Shown piece by piece: positions 37,001 through 50,966 of a stretch of 64,000 nt of DNA. Origin of the DNA: Laetmonice hystrix (Eukaryota). The stretch is from contig OZ249436.1 in assembly GCA_965235115.1 (NCBI GenBank), positions 55,554,001 to 55,618,000 of the forward strand. The letters run 5' to 3'. Position numbers and translations under genes: made by a program. A model generated the notes under the pieces. The model was not told the origin of the DNA. It saw nothing but the letters and a program-made list of their open reading frames with translations, and did not search any database. Position 1 is the stretch's first letter. Each line of letters opens with the position of its first letter.

Positions 37001-37439
37001 ATAATAGAAATCGTTTATTAAAGCGTTTCGTATGAAGTAGACAGGAGGATTATGACAGCATGAAAGAAAAGAGATCTGCAACATTGAGTCAAGTACAAAA
37101 AAGATTGTCTCTTCCCGATTCGGTAAGGAACGACATAAGAAAACAATATAAAAAGGCAAATCAATGTGAAACGAAGACCTTTTTAGGAAAAACCCGAATC
37201 AACTAGACATGAAAGCTTTAAAGATGAGACATCAAATTCTTTGCCGTGAAAATAATGATGCCCATCAAAGAAAAAGCGTCGAGATGAAATTCACTGACTG
37301 ACTTTGCAGTTCTGCATGCATTAACACAGGCCAAAACCAATGTCGGGAGGGTCCTCCGCAAGCTTGAGACAATTACAAAGGGACAAACCCTAATGTTGCC
37401 TATGCATTTGGGAATGTGGGGATACGTAATCTTTCCTTC

Positions 37440-37540
37440 TCTGTCTGTCCCTGTTTCTGCCTGTCTGTCTCTGTCTGTCTGTCTGTCTCTCTGTCTCTGT
37501 CTCTCTCTGTCTCTCTCTGTCTTTCTCTCTCTCTCTCTAT
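37440..37540. repeat. (CTGT)/(CT) compound microsatellite
   Basis: Visible dinucleotide and tetranucleotide runs. Confidence 0.9.
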
Positions 37541-40500
37541 CTCGTTCCATCCAGCTATAAGGCTTTTACGAAGAAGCATGACTGCCGTCTTAGCAGACTA
37601 TTTCGTAGGATGGAAAATTTTAACAAAAGATCTGAAAAACGACCAGATCAAAAATTTGAAAATCGGTTAGAGGAGGAGCAAGGACCCCCATCTCCCTCCA
37701 ATCAAATCCGCTACAGTACGAAAAGTGAACCTCGGCAACTATACTCGTGCATGGCCATACCGATACAGTTGGCGGGATGATAGGTGCGCGGCTGTCCCCC
37801 CCCCTCCCAAGTAATCATCGAAAAAATCTTTTGGCAAGTCGCTACCATTTCTAATTGATAGTAGTACGCCCTTGAGGTACTCCTGTAAACGTCGCCCCCC
37901 GGCAGGTGTTTGGGCCTGGTAGGCATAGGCCCTGCAGGGGCTATAGTAGCAGAGTGCCAGTCTTGACCTTCGCTCACGCCTCACTCCCAACTGATAAAGG
38001 AGTGTTGTGTGAACACAACCAGGACATCAATGTAATCGGACCGACTGCACGTTTAGGTTTTATAAAAGTATTCTGTGATCGGTCTCCGGTCAGGATTCCT
38101 GGACGCCATTCAACTTGTAAGGAGACCGCTCCGACAGTACTGCACCGCCACCTAGTGTAGAATGAGCTCATTACTCCTCAGGTCTGCCCGATATTTACAT
38201 TTGACCTTTGGTTGGAACTTTATTGCTGCTGCCGTAATTGAGTGGGATTTAAAGCCAAATAACGTATCTACAAACCTACTAATGGAATGACTCTTAGACG
38301 TAGGGTTTAATTAAGGGGGCCCACTGAGGCGGGGTACCGTTGAGACCTTTCTCCGAGGTTTCACATGTTCACGTGGAGCAGTTAAATATAACTTGTTCAC
38401 ATTTGTTCATATTTCAAGAAAACTGAAATTAGCAAAGCGTAGTTGCAGTTATCATGACCTTATGTGACGGATTGGAGCTCTGTAACAAGCAGCATGGTAA
38501 CATGAACTGTCTCTTCCACGGGTTATTTTTGCTAACCAGATCAATGCTGCGCGATTCCCACAAATACCATGACCCACCATTTAAAACTTTGTTTACTGAA
38601 CGACGACAACAACAAAAACATCAACAACAAAATTATTTTAGCACTCAAAATGATTACTCTCTTTATTCTGTTTATTTTTGATAGGCAGAGAAATATTTTC
38701 TTTTTTTTAACTTCACAATCAAAGATTTATCTTTTGGAGCAAACACAGATTATGTCGGCCTAGGCTTAAAATCGCATGCATTTAGTATTCTTGAACCAAA
38801 TATCCACCACCCTTACCGCGGACACCTAGAATGGCTAGCTTATTCTTCTACTTATTCGACTTCACCTTCACTAGTTTCAATGCTCTCCAACAGGGGGCAG
38901 CATTGCATGCCCTCCCCTTACAAACATGACCTGCCCCCATGTAAGGTCACCGCCGACGCACATTGTCGACACTTACTGCCATATCCTGCGGGCTATACCC
39001 CATTACCGTTAATGTCAGACCCGCATAGAACTATATTTCTGGCAGGTCAACACATAAACAACGCACAACAACTCTCAGGGCTGTAGAAGATGAACTTCCA
39101 TACTCAAGGGCTGAAAGGCCTTACCTTGAGAGTTGAGGTATAATTTCGGTAGCTTGTTATGGGGATGGAATGCAGTGAGGCCTTCCAAGTAATACCGATG
39201 TTTATCACCCTTGCCCCCCCCCCCCCAAAAAAAAAAGTAAAAAGGAAAAGACATTGTCTTGTCTAACTGGAATATAGAGTATCCGAGCTTAAGGAGAATC
39301 AACCAAGGCCAAGGATGAGGAAGCCTTCCTGTCTGAACCAATGCCTCAGGCAGTCTTCTACTTTACGCCTCGCGTCAGGAACGATGAAGTTGACGAGCTC
39401 ATTACGATGCCCCAAAAGTACAAGGGTTAAATTGCGTGCCTTATTTTCGCCACCCATGGCCATTTATGTTTTAGGAAAGACCGCTTCGTTTTCCCAAGGT
39501 GCATGCCTAGCAAGAGATAATAATCTAATTTACGTTACAAGAGGTTACCAAATGTTTGCAATGCATGATCTCGTCCTCCCCCCCCCCCCAATAACAGAAT
39601 AGCATTAAATGCCCTCAATTCATCCAGTGTATATTTAGACTTCTCATGGATCACTGGCATCTAGCATATCTAATATTTATATCATAAAGATGACCAGACA
39701 TCGTGAAATGCCATAATGTGTGTTATGGCGAGAGAAGAACCGGTTCCTCTCTCCTTGACAAAGATGCACAGCCTGCCGCAAGCCTGTTACGATGACAATG
39801 ACATACAATCAACCAGCACTAGCGGGATCCATGCTTTCGTTCTTGACACTGCTACGTTATCACGTGGGATCATTGATACCCAACACGCGCGCGTGACATT
39901 GCATGGGACTGGCTGTCCTGTGCTTAAAGCCCCAATGTGTTGTGTAAACCTCCTTGATTTCGGCTCGCCATATCATATTGCCGCACCAGCCCACAAACCC
40001 TTTCATGCTGGGTATGCCCATGCAAGTGTTTAAAGATTGTGAGAGTGTTGATTACTGTAAAGGCAATATTTGCCTAACCGATGGGGACAAGGCTAAGATA
40101 TGATCCTCTAAAACAACGAGAGACTTGGAATGATGACGCAAATTATGCTTGTAATTTTTTTAACACAAGGGGTACACTAGAAATTTCACTTTAAAGTTCA
40201 CCAACTTTCACCAACGTGACCGAACTATTTCTCGGCCGACCACTCAGATTTCTCTTGTCTGCAGTTTATTGGTACCTCTCCAATACTCGGTCAACTGTTT
40301 GGCAGCAGCAGCAGCAGCAGCAGCAATAAAACCATCTGGAAAAATATTTTGGACGGAAATACCTTCCTCTCCAAGGCAGATGAGTTCTCCCCGTTCTGCA
40401 TTTGTCAGATCCCGTACTTTTGGCATGGTAACACCAAAGCGGACGTCCTTCTGCACTCTGACTAAAAATCGGATATGTAATGTGAAACTGACAGGGCACG

Positions 40501-41017
40501 GTTGAATGTGTGCCTCAAGTATTACGGTACTGAGAACTTCTAAAGAGGGCATGTTGCAACACTTTTGTATAGTGAGTTTACCTGGCCTGAAAGTTAAAAG
40601 CTTACTCTTTGTGTTGTTCCTAAAGGCTATGACAAAAAAGATTAGTGCCATACAGAATGTGGTATAACAACACATTGTGTCTGGAAAGTTCAGTTACTAG
40701 AGATGTCAAAAACGTCATCAAATTGTGTGTACCAACTCCCAAGGATTAGGGTAAAGACATCGCGTAGTACCGCTAATGCGTGAGCTCCACTTGGCCGCAT
40801 CTCGGACGCATCTCATGTGCTGCATCTCACTTGCGGCCCAGCCTCAAGGACCTCAAGGACTGCAACACTTAGCTCCATCAGTGCAGCTATTGTGAGGCAG
40901 GGTTCTTGCAGTTTACACCATCCCCTTCATCTAGTTCATTCTGTCATAATTGTATATTTGTACTATCTTTTGAATTGATATTGCCAAATTTAAAAATCAT
41001 ACCTACAAGACAGAGTG

Positions 41018-41201
41018 CAGGCCCGGATCTAGGATTTTTTCAAGGGGGGGGGGGGGGGGGGTTACAGAGACGCCAACAGTGCCAAGCTCGCGAAGCGAGG
41101 GGGCCCTAACGGGTGGGGTCCAGTAGGCGGTTATAATTGGTGGCTCTGAGGGGGGGGGGGGGTTAAACCCCCCAACCCCCCTCCCCCTGGATCCGCCAGT
41201 G
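41018..41201. mobile_element. hAT5-like MITE, 5-bp TSD GAGTG
   Basis: GAGTG|CAGGCCCGGATCTAGG ... CCTGGATCCGCCAGTG|GAGTG. Confidence 0.65.
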
Positions 41202-41795
41202 GAGTGATATGGGATTACATACTGGGTACAGATTCTGCATGTAATGAGATAGAAATTCAGGAGATATATTCTGATTTATAGGTGCCTTTTTTGACCCTTG
41301 GCAATATTGATGGGCTTTTAAAAATAAATTTCAATATGAACTCTAGGTTGTGTGTCTGTGTCTGGATGGGGGCGGGTATAGGCGGGGCGGAGAAGGGTGG
41401 GGGTTGACGCCAGGACATGATCAAATACATGTATGTAGGCTACATGTATAGTTTTATTTCATATCAAAGTTTCTGTAAATGCCGAACAGAGTAATGTCGC
41501 ATCCTGTTTCATAGCTCCTTCACGTCTCCAAGCCAGCACCATTAGAGTTTCGGAGGATGGTCCAGGGGGTCCAGAACCCCTGCTCCCACAGGGCATAGAT
41601 TTCTTCTAAGCATTCCCACCGTTTTGAACCCGTTGAGCGATTTTGTCTAAGCATTCCTGACGTTTTGAACGCGTTGAGCGATGAATCCACAAAATCTAAT
41701 GCCCTAAAATGGCCCCTAAATGGCGGGGAATCGCGTCTCAGAGCTTCTAATTTTTTAAAATTTTCTGAGACCCCCTGCTGAAAATCCTGTATAGG

Positions 41796-43115
41796 CTGTA
41801 TTTTTCTTTTGAAATGCACGGGCATCAGGGGTAACCCAATTACTTTGACAATGTCCCTAAAGAGAAAAGTTGTATAGTCCTCTACAGGAATCGAACCCAG
41901 GCCCTAAGATTACTGCACCCATTCGCATAGCATAAGGTGTCGACATCCATGCCCACTAGGCCACCGCCACTCCCCTAAAAAAGGAGCTTTGGTGGTCGAG
42001 CAGGACAATGGACCCTCCCCCCTACACACATCTTTTTTAAATGAGACGGAATCCATATTTTCCTAGTTAGAGCTACACATGATTTCTACCGAACATTGAC
42101 TGTTAAGGTAATCCTGGCACTGGCGTAGACTGTATTTTTCTTTTGAAATGCACGGGCATCAGGGGTAACCCAATTACTTTGACAATGTCCCTAAAGAGAA
42201 AAGTTGTATAGTCCTCTACAGGAATCGAACCCAGGCCCTAAGATTACTGCACCCATTCGCATAGCATAAGGTGTCGACATCCATGCCCACTAGGCCACCG
42301 CCACTCCCCTAAAAAAGGAGCTTTGGTGGTCGAGCAGGACAATGGACCCTCCCCCCTACACACATCTTTTTTAAATGAGACGGAATCCATATTTTCCTAG
42401 TTAGAGCTACACATGATTTCTACCGAACATTGACTGTTAAGGTAATCCTGGCACTGGCGTAGACTGTATTTTTCTTTTGAAATGCACGGGCATCAGGGGT
42501 AACCCAATTACTTTGACAATGTCCCTAAAGAGAAAAGTTGTATAGTCCTCTACAGGAATCGAACCCAGGCCCTAAGATTACTGCACCCATTCGCATAGCA
42601 TAAGGTGTCGACATCCATGCCCACTAGGCCACCGCCACTCCCCTAAAAAAGGAGCTTTGGTGGTCGAGCAGGACATGGACCCTCCCCCCTACACACATCT
42701 TTTTTAAATGAGACGGAATCCATATTTTCCTAGTTAGAGCTACACATGATTTCTACCGAACATTGACTGTTAAGGTAATCCTGGCACTGGCGTAGACTGT
42801 ATTTTTCTTTTGAAATGCACGGGCATCAGGGGTAACCCAATTACTTTGACAATGTCCCTAAAGAGAAAAGTTGTATAGTCCTCTACAGGAATCGAACCCA
42901 GGCCCTAAGATTACTGCACCCATTCGCATAGCATAAGGTGTCGACATCCATGCCCACTAGGCCACCGCCACTCCCCTAAAAAAGGAGCTTTGGTGGTCGA
43001 GCAGGACAATGGACCCTCCCCCCTACACACATCTTTTTTAAATGAGACGGAATCCATATTTTCCTAGTTAGAGCTACACATGATTTCTACCGAACATTGA
43101 CTGTTAAGGTAATCC
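41796..43115 (-). mobile_element. Tandem tetramer of a 334-bp unit with a tRNA-like Pol III promoter, flanked by a 55-bp direct duplication
   Basis: Units start at 41796, 42130, 42464 and 42797 (last one truncated by 15 bp). Minus-strand A box TGGCCTAGTGG and B box GGTTCGATTCC. Flanks 41744-41798 and 43116-43170 are identical. Confidence 0.85.
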
Positions 43116-46100
43116 CTTCTAATTTTTTAAAATTTTCTGAGACCCCCTGCTGAAAATCCTGTATAGGCTGGATGAGTGCCTCCACGGACGAGGGAGTATA
43201 GCCTACATACGTCACCCTGGCGCTGCACGGGTTTGCACTTTGAGTACCATTGTTCGCCTAAATGAAGGGTAAAATGCTCCGAAATGATCAGTCAGTAGCG
43301 TCTTGTGCAAATACCACTTTAAACCAGTTCCATGTTTAAACCAAGGACTCCATAACAATAGTGGCGGGATCACGGGCCACGCAGTTTTCATTTAAATTTA
43401 GCGCGGGCCAATGGACCTGGTCACTCTGGTATAGGACACGCTCCACTGACTCCAAATTGGAATGCTTACCAACTGGCGTCCTTTATAGCAACCGACAAAA
43501 TGGCGGCCGGAACGCCGACGTCGGGGAACAAAAAACGACATGAAAGTGAAAATTGCAATAAAAATAAAATAGCCATTTCACATGGGAGAATATGTATAGC
43601 AGACATTTCGGGCAGTTTGAGGAGCGTACACTTTGGCACAGAAGAGGAGATAGCCCAAGTTACAGGAACCTTTACCCTACCTGATGCATCTCTTGGCATA
43701 AACCTTTTCGCAGTAGAAGTGTAGATGTGAGACAGGCCAACACAGACATGGATATTCTTGACATAAAAGAACGACAACTTTCACGGATAATAGGTCGGAG
43801 TGATAATTGTCCTTTGTAATCGATGAATGTTACATGTACATCTGTAAATCATAATATCTATGTGAAGCATCGGATTTGATCTAATTGTAGCTGTGAAAAC
43901 CTTTGCCCCCTAGCTGGTATCAGATCTGGGGCTGCCCCCTAACTCTGAATATTCTCCGGCGCCTACGCTTGTCGGCCTCTATTCTGCGCTATACGGGAGT
44001 CAGGAATATTTCTTGAGCCATCGTATACGTGAGACATTTTCTACAAGGCTGACTGTCTGATATTGAGGTGAACAGCACTCTTCCAGCACCCCCCCCCCAT
44101 ATATATATATATATTACATCACTTAGACCGAACAACTGTGCTGGCCAAAGCAATGGTACGTGTGTCGCTGCGAATGGAAGCCGGCCCAGTGAATGACATA
44201 ACAGACTTGGTTCCTCCTCGACTTACAGGGAACGCCATCCAGACACCCCGCCCCCACTCCGACTACGTATACGTGGATTCCAGGTGGCGGTAGGCAAAGG
44301 GGAACACCAGGCGATAGGGCCAGTGGATATGTATGCAAAAACAATGACCGGTCAGTAGACTGTACACGTGTACTTGGGTGGGAGGGGGTGAGTTGGGAGG
44401 TGGGCAGTGCGGTGGATTGGTGACATGAGCCGATCAACGGAGTATGTGGTACGATATATCTTTACACATCGACAATGGGACTGATATTCAAACCATACTG
44501 TTTGAACCATCCGCAGTGGCGAATGTTCTCGCTCTGAAGAGGACGAACATAAGTGAATGAATGAAATATCTCAAGGACATATAATATTTCGGTCAACAGT
44601 TCAGTGAAGCATGAAATCCACCGACCCTGCGGACGAGGCAAAAGAAATACATGTACATGAATATTAATTAAATCTGACCGATGCGCATGCGTGGCGGGAA
44701 AATGCGAACCAGTTTGGGCCGGCGTGCCAGTCGCCAGTCGACTACCTGGCATTCAGAGAGAGAGAGAGAGGTCATAGGAGCACAGCTTTCCGTCATTGAA
44801 ACCACTTCAACTGAACAAAGAACTCAACTGCTTGACAAAACCTCACTTGCGTTGGTAGCCACGGACAACTACACAGGCCATCAGAGGTGAGCAGACCTAT
44901 ATTTTCTTTACGTAGGCTACAATGAAGTTATATGTCGAGGTAGGAAGTTGGCCTATAACATCCAACCAGCCAGTTATAGGCTGGTTGGATGTTTATTATA
45001 CTGCATGCATGTATCCATGGATCATCCTCATACATTGCCCCAAAGACAGAGAACCTGTTGATTATAGGCCTATCTTTTCTTATTTCGATGATTGATTATA
45101 TTTCGTAGCCTCGATGTAAGGTGAGAGAAGTTTTACATTTACTTTTAAGTTTTGCATTTCTACTCTCATCACAGCGACAGGGGCACCTTGCGCATGCGTC
45201 GCGGGAAACTGAGCCAGTTCGACCGGGGTTGTGTCGCAGTAGTCAGTTGCTACCTGGCATTCATAGACGAGGTCGTAGGCTCACAGCTTTCCGTCACTGA
45301 AACCAATTGAACTTCACCTGAACAAAAAACTGCTTGACCGCACCTCAACTCACAACTGGTAGCAAGGAAGGACCGAATAGGCTTTGAAATCGGAGGTAGG
45401 TAGGCCGAAATTATCTTTAGAAAGACATTCGCCCCAGGCCACTGCAAGGCTGGGACATGCCTTATGAAATGGAAGGTCCAATGTCAAATGCCGTTTGGTT
45501 TAAATGAAAGAAATTATTTCATTTTAGGGGAACAAATTGTACATGACGGTTTTGTGACGGTTTTATTTATTTTATTTTATCTATTTTTTAATTTTTTTTT
45601 TCATTTTATTTTTTTTTACTTATTTTTATTCACTGTTTTTTTTATATTTAGGTTATGCATTTATTTATTTCCATACAGCGTAGGCCTACACTGCCGGTTT
45701 CCTGCATAATGAAGGTGAGTTTCTGATCAATCGGGTGCACATTTGGGTATTATTGGAAGTTTGTGTCCTTGAAGAGCTCTTGCGAACCTAGCTCTTCCTT
45801 ATTTCAGTAATTTTCGAATCGTCTCAGTAAATCATTTTATAGACCATCCGACCATTCTTGTTTTCAGTTGTCCATCTACCTGGAACCCGTCACGAAAGAG
45901 GGCAACTAACTGCCTTCATGCCTGCCTGCTGCCGTTGAGGGCGTCTATTATACGATTATTCACAGAGATGAGCAAAGGTATGGACTAATTATACACATCA
46001 ATGTCTGTCTGTTAGAAGGGAATGAATGAAGTCTATTGATAAACCATGTTTCCCACACCTACAAAGGTTATTTAAGATAGAATCACTATTATGAGCAAAT

Positions 46101-46842
46101 TATGACTACATAATAGGCTGGTTGGATGTTGTGGTTGTTTATTTTATTATTTTTTTTTATTATATTTTATTTTTAATTTTGTTTTTTTTATTCACTTTTT
46201 TTTATTTACTTTACGCATTTATTTATTTCCAGATAGCGTAGGCCTGCACTGCTGGTTTCATTCAAGCTTGGGCCACTGCAAAATGAAGGTGAGTTTCTGA
46301 TCGATCAGGTGCACACATTCGGGAATTATTGAAAGTTTGTGTCTTTGGAGAGCTATTAAGAACGAGCTACTCCTTACTTCAGTAATTGTCAAATACTCCG
46401 AGTAATTCTCACATCAGTTCTCGGATATTTTCAGGAATGCAGGCCCCTATCAACAAATGGGTATAGGCTCCATTTTTTGACAAATGATTTACGTGTGTAT
46501 CATTTTAAATCATTTTATTAACCATCCAACCTTTCTTGTTTTCAGTTGTCCATCTACCTGGAACCTCTCACGAAAAAGGGAAAATGATTGGTTGGTTCTA
46601 TAATTATTCAGCTGGTTGGTTGATAGATGGTGGGTAGATTGGGCGGTAAGTTGTCCAAATGCTAGGTAGACGTCACTGTACTGTGATGTATAAACATTTG
46701 TTAAACTATACTTTATTGCCAAGTCAGAATGTTCACACTGGCCGCTGTCTGGGTAACTGTCGCGTTGTAATATGTTGGATCACAGTCGGTGTTGGGTGGT
46801 CAGCAGGCTTCAATCTACTGCAGTGGATTCTGACGGTGTTTG

Positions 46843-47135
46843 TCCTAACCCGCCATCTTTCGTAGTCTGTCCTCACATGCTGCTGGTAAAAGTTGTTAGA
46901 ATCGGGCAGTCAACTGTTCATACAGTTAAAACTGTTCATTGGCCATACAGTCTAGGGGGGCAGTGTGTCCCAGAGAGGAGGGGCAATGTACGGGACTGTT
47001 CGGCAAGGGTTCCTCCTCGCTCCGACAGCCGGCATCCTGTGCCAAAGATGCTTATAGATGTCACCAGTGGGTAATCATGTGTTGTTCAGACGCCAGATCC
47101 GGTGGTCAGGGAAGTAGGTAGCTTGACTATGACAT
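46843..47135 (+). ncRNA. Putative structured RNA domain, copy C (most diverged), with SINE-like tail
   Basis: TCGTAGTCTG (46860-46869) ... CAGACGCCAGAT (47087-47098); helices CACATG/CATGTG and CTGCTGGT/ACCAGTGG; tail GACTATGACATTAGTTCAC resembles the tail of copy B. Confidence 0.4.
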
Positions 47136-47383
47136 TAGTTCACCTTCAGCTTCTATGCCTTTTCGTGAACATTTCTGACGTAACAATTGCAGTGACCAAG
47201 TGAGCCAGGCCTCTGAGCTCCTTGGCCTCTCGGGTTCGTATTCCATTCGGACCTCGATGAGACAAAGTTTGTCAGTCACTTGCTGCCATAAAAACTGTTC
47301 CTTTCAGGTTTCAGTTCATATTTTAATTATTTAGTTATATATCTTGCTGTCGAAAGGTGTTTTCTTACTGTAAAAACTGTTGA

Positions 47384-49532
47384 CCTTAATATGACAAGAT
47401 TATAGTTGCTAAAAACACTGCTTCCTTCAGGTTTAATTTCATATTTTAATATTTATCTTCCCAAATCCGTAACCTGAACTTCCTTGAGGTGATCATTATG
47501 CAACTAGATAATGGCTAAAGGCTGACAAGTTGGAAAGCAGACGCTAAAACCTGCAGAATCTGCAGAAAAGGTACGTGAATTAGCATTTTTGGCTTGATGA
47601 TAGGCCTAATTTCACTGTTGGGGCATTATTAGGGCTTAGATTATAAATATCTATAGATTAATTAGTTAATTACTTAGTTGGTTGATTAGATAGTGGGTTG
47701 GTTGGTTGGGGAGTGTAGGTAGTGAGATGGGCTGGTTTTCTTGTGTTTCCGGGTAACTAGGCCGGTGATCAGATGGGTGGTAAGGTCTGTGGGTGGACAC
47801 GCCGGGTGGCAGTCGGTCAGATGGTCGGGCTGGTTGGTGGTAAGTTGGGGTCGGTGGGTGGGTGGCTGAGTGTGTGGTTGCGTGGGGCCAATCCCTGCAA
47901 AACTGCGTGCTTGTCTGCCTGGCCATGTCCCTGCCCTACGGCTGCTCTACCTTCCCAGATGGCGGCCTGCCTAACTTTGTGTCTTCCCACTTATCTGTCT
48001 GCTTTCCTGGGATCCTGCCTTGGGTGGTCATGTGGGCGGGGGATTTGTTGGGGGTGGTCAGTCAGGTAGACTGGTTGGCTGGTAGTCAGATGGGGACTTA
48101 TCCTTGCCTTCCTGCTGACCTCTGATACTGGTTGGTAGTAAGATGGGGATTCTTCCTTGCCTTACTGTTGTCCCACCTTTCTGTTTGGCTGGCTGTTGCC
48201 AACATTTCCTCTCGCTTACATGCCTGCTCACCTGCATTCATCAGTATGGTACTGCCTGCCTATCTGCCTTCAATTCTGCTTACTGTTAGGCACCAGTGTC
48301 TACTAGGTTTCATAGCTTATTTCTTATATTATTTCTCTGCCCAATTCGTAAACCGAACTCCCTCGATGTTGCCATCAGTCAAAAAGAAATGGAGATCTGC
48401 AGGCTTAGCAGTCGCAATTGCCCAGAACCTGCAGGTATCAAATTTCTACAGAATTTCCTTAATATGACAAGATTATAGTTGCTGAAGCATTAAACACTGC
48501 TTCCTTCAGGTTTAATTTCATATTTTAAATATTTATCTTCCCAAATCCGTAACCCAAGCTTCCTTGAGGTGATCATTATGCAACTAGATGATGGCTAAAG
48601 GCTGACAAGTTGGAATGCACACGCTAAAACCTGCAGAATCTGTAGAAAAGGTACGTGAATTAGCATTTTTGGCTTGATGATAGGCCTATTTCATTGGTGG
48701 GGCATTATTAGGGCTTAGATTATAAATATTTATAGATTAATTAGTTACTTAGTTAGTTGGTTGATTAGATAGTGGGTTGGTTGGTTGGGGAGTGTAGGTA
48801 GTTAGATGGGCTGGTTTTCTTGTGTTTCCGGGTAACTAGGCCGGTGATCAGATGGGTGGTAAGGTCTGTGGGTGGACACGCCGGGTGGCAGTTGGTCAGA
48901 TGGTCGGGCTGGTTGGTGGTAAGGTGGGGTCGGTGGGTGGGTGGCTGAGTGTGTGGTTGCGTGGGGCCAATCCCTGCAAAACTGCGTGCTTGTCTGCCTG
49001 GCCATGTCCCTGCCCTACGGCTGCTCTACCTTCCCAGATGGCGGCCTGCCTAACTTTGTGTCTTCCCACTTATCTGTCTGCTTTCCTGGGATCCTGCCTT
49101 GGGTGGTCATGTGGGCGGGGGATTTGTTGGGGGTGGTCAGTCAGGTAGACTGGTTGGCTGGTAGTCAGATGGGGACTTATCCTTGCCTTCCTGCTGAACT
49201 CTGATACTGGTTGGTAGTAAGATGGGGATTCTTCCTTGCCTTACTGTTGTCCCACCTTTCTGTTTGGCTGGCTCTTGCCAACATTTCCTCCCGCTTACAG
49301 GCCTGCTCACCTGCATTTATCAGTATGGTACTGCCTGCCTATCTGCCTTCCTTTCTGCTTACTGTTAGGCACCAGTGTCTACTAGTTTTCATATCTTAAT
49401 TCTTATATTATTTCTCTGCCCAATTCGTAAACCGAGCTCCCTCGATGTTGCAATCAGTCAAAAAGAAATGGAGATCTGCAGGCTTAGCAATCGCACTTGC
49501 CCAGAACCTGCAGGTATCAAATTTCCACAGAA
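47384..49532. repeat. ~1.08-kb tandem duplication (2 copies, high identity)
   Basis: Copies start at 47384 and 48457 (CCTTAATATGACAAGATTATAG); near-identical ORF translations at 47773/48852 and 47862/48941. Confidence 0.95.
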
Positions 49533-49759
49533 ATGAAGAAAAGGTACGTGAATGAGCATTTTGCCGTGGTGATACTTTCATTGTTGGGGCTTTTAGATCC
49601 ATAAATCTTGTTCATCGATCAGAATTGTTTTGAACATTTATCACAAATTTCCCCCTCCTTTTTCCTGCAGCACAAAGGAAAATGTTTTGTTTAATGTTTA
49701 GTTTGATGATGGCTGAAGCAGTGGTACACATGTAGGCCTACACATGACCTGGTATGCAT

Positions 49760-50966
49760 AAAGGCACGTGTTTGGCGCCATCGGTTGGCCTATGCTTTAT
49801 TAACCTGTATTCTTCAGATTGGTCATGTTGGCTGAATAGTTACTATCCATTTGCTATCTGAATAGGGCATAGTATAATCTTTTGTTTGTTTGCTTTTTTC
49901 AGGCAACACTCTGGCCTTCTTAATCCTGATAAAGTAACCGTGAAATCTAATACTAAGGTTTGACTTTTTACAAAGATAAAGGGCATCTGAAGATTAAGAT
50001 TGTTCTTAAGATTAGTTTAAGTTGTGTTTAAATTTAATTTCCTAATGTTTTAATGTATCCGAACAGTGCCAACATAAGGTGTTCTTTGGCTTTCATACAC
50101 TGCCACTGAGATAGGGCACCTGTTGAGTTAATCTGTTCTTATTTTTATGATGAGGTATTAACGTGATGATGCTTGAACCAATGTGTATTACATAATTGTG
50201 TGTATCATAATTTATTGTATAGCTTGTGATTTGTTTTTAAGTTTTGAATGTAAGTCTGGATGTGTTAGTGTAGGACTCTTTGAACGTGTGAAAATAAGGT
50301 GCTTTGGCCTCTTCAAGGATTTCAAGGGTGCCAACGTGCTTGGGTTTAAACACAAAACACAAAACACAAAAGGCACGTGTTTGGCGCCATCGGTTGGCCT
50401 ATGCTTTATTAACCTGTATTCTTCAGATTGGTCATGTTGGCTGAATAGTTACTATCCATTTGCTATCTGAATAGGGCATAGTATAATCTTTTGTTTGTTT
50501 GCTTTTTTCAGGCAACACTCTGGCCTTCTTAATCATGATAAAGTAACCGTGAAATCTAATACTAAGGTTTGACTTTTTACAAAGATAAAGGGCATCTGAA
50601 GATTAAGATTGTTCTTAAGATTAGTTTAAGTTGTGTTTAAATTTAATTTCCTAATGTTTTAATGTATTCGAACAGTGCCAACATAAGGTGTTCTTTGGCT
50701 TTCATACACTGCCACTGAGATAGGGCACCTGTTGAGTTAATCTGTTCTTATTTTTATGATGAGGTATTAACGTGATGATGCTTGAACCAATGTGTATTAC
50801 ATAATTGTGTGTATCATAATTTATTGTATAGCTTGTGATTTGTTTTTAAGTTTTGAATGTAAGTCTGGATGTGTTAGTGTAGGACTCTTTGAACGTGTGA
50901 AAATAAGGTGCTTTGGCCTCTTCAAGGATTTCAAGGGTGCCAACGTGCTTGGGTTTAAACACAAAA
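49760..50966. repeat. 609-bp tandem duplication (2 near-identical copies)
   Basis: AAAGGCACGTGTTTGGCGCC at 49760 and 50369. Confidence 0.95.

Noticed and set aside
41796..43115. Cluster of functional tRNA genes or a hammerhead retrozyme
   Set aside because: No complete cloverleaf (no acceptor stem or standard anticodon arm). No CUGANGA...GAAA core was found on either strand; the closest is CUGAUGC. GCGAAUGGG resembles the HDV 3' end but the other pairings are missing.
47666..49399. Duplicated ORFs suggesting tandem genes
   Set aside because: Low-complexity GGT/CCT-rich DNA duplicated in tandem; overlapping ORFs in several frames with no coding signature.
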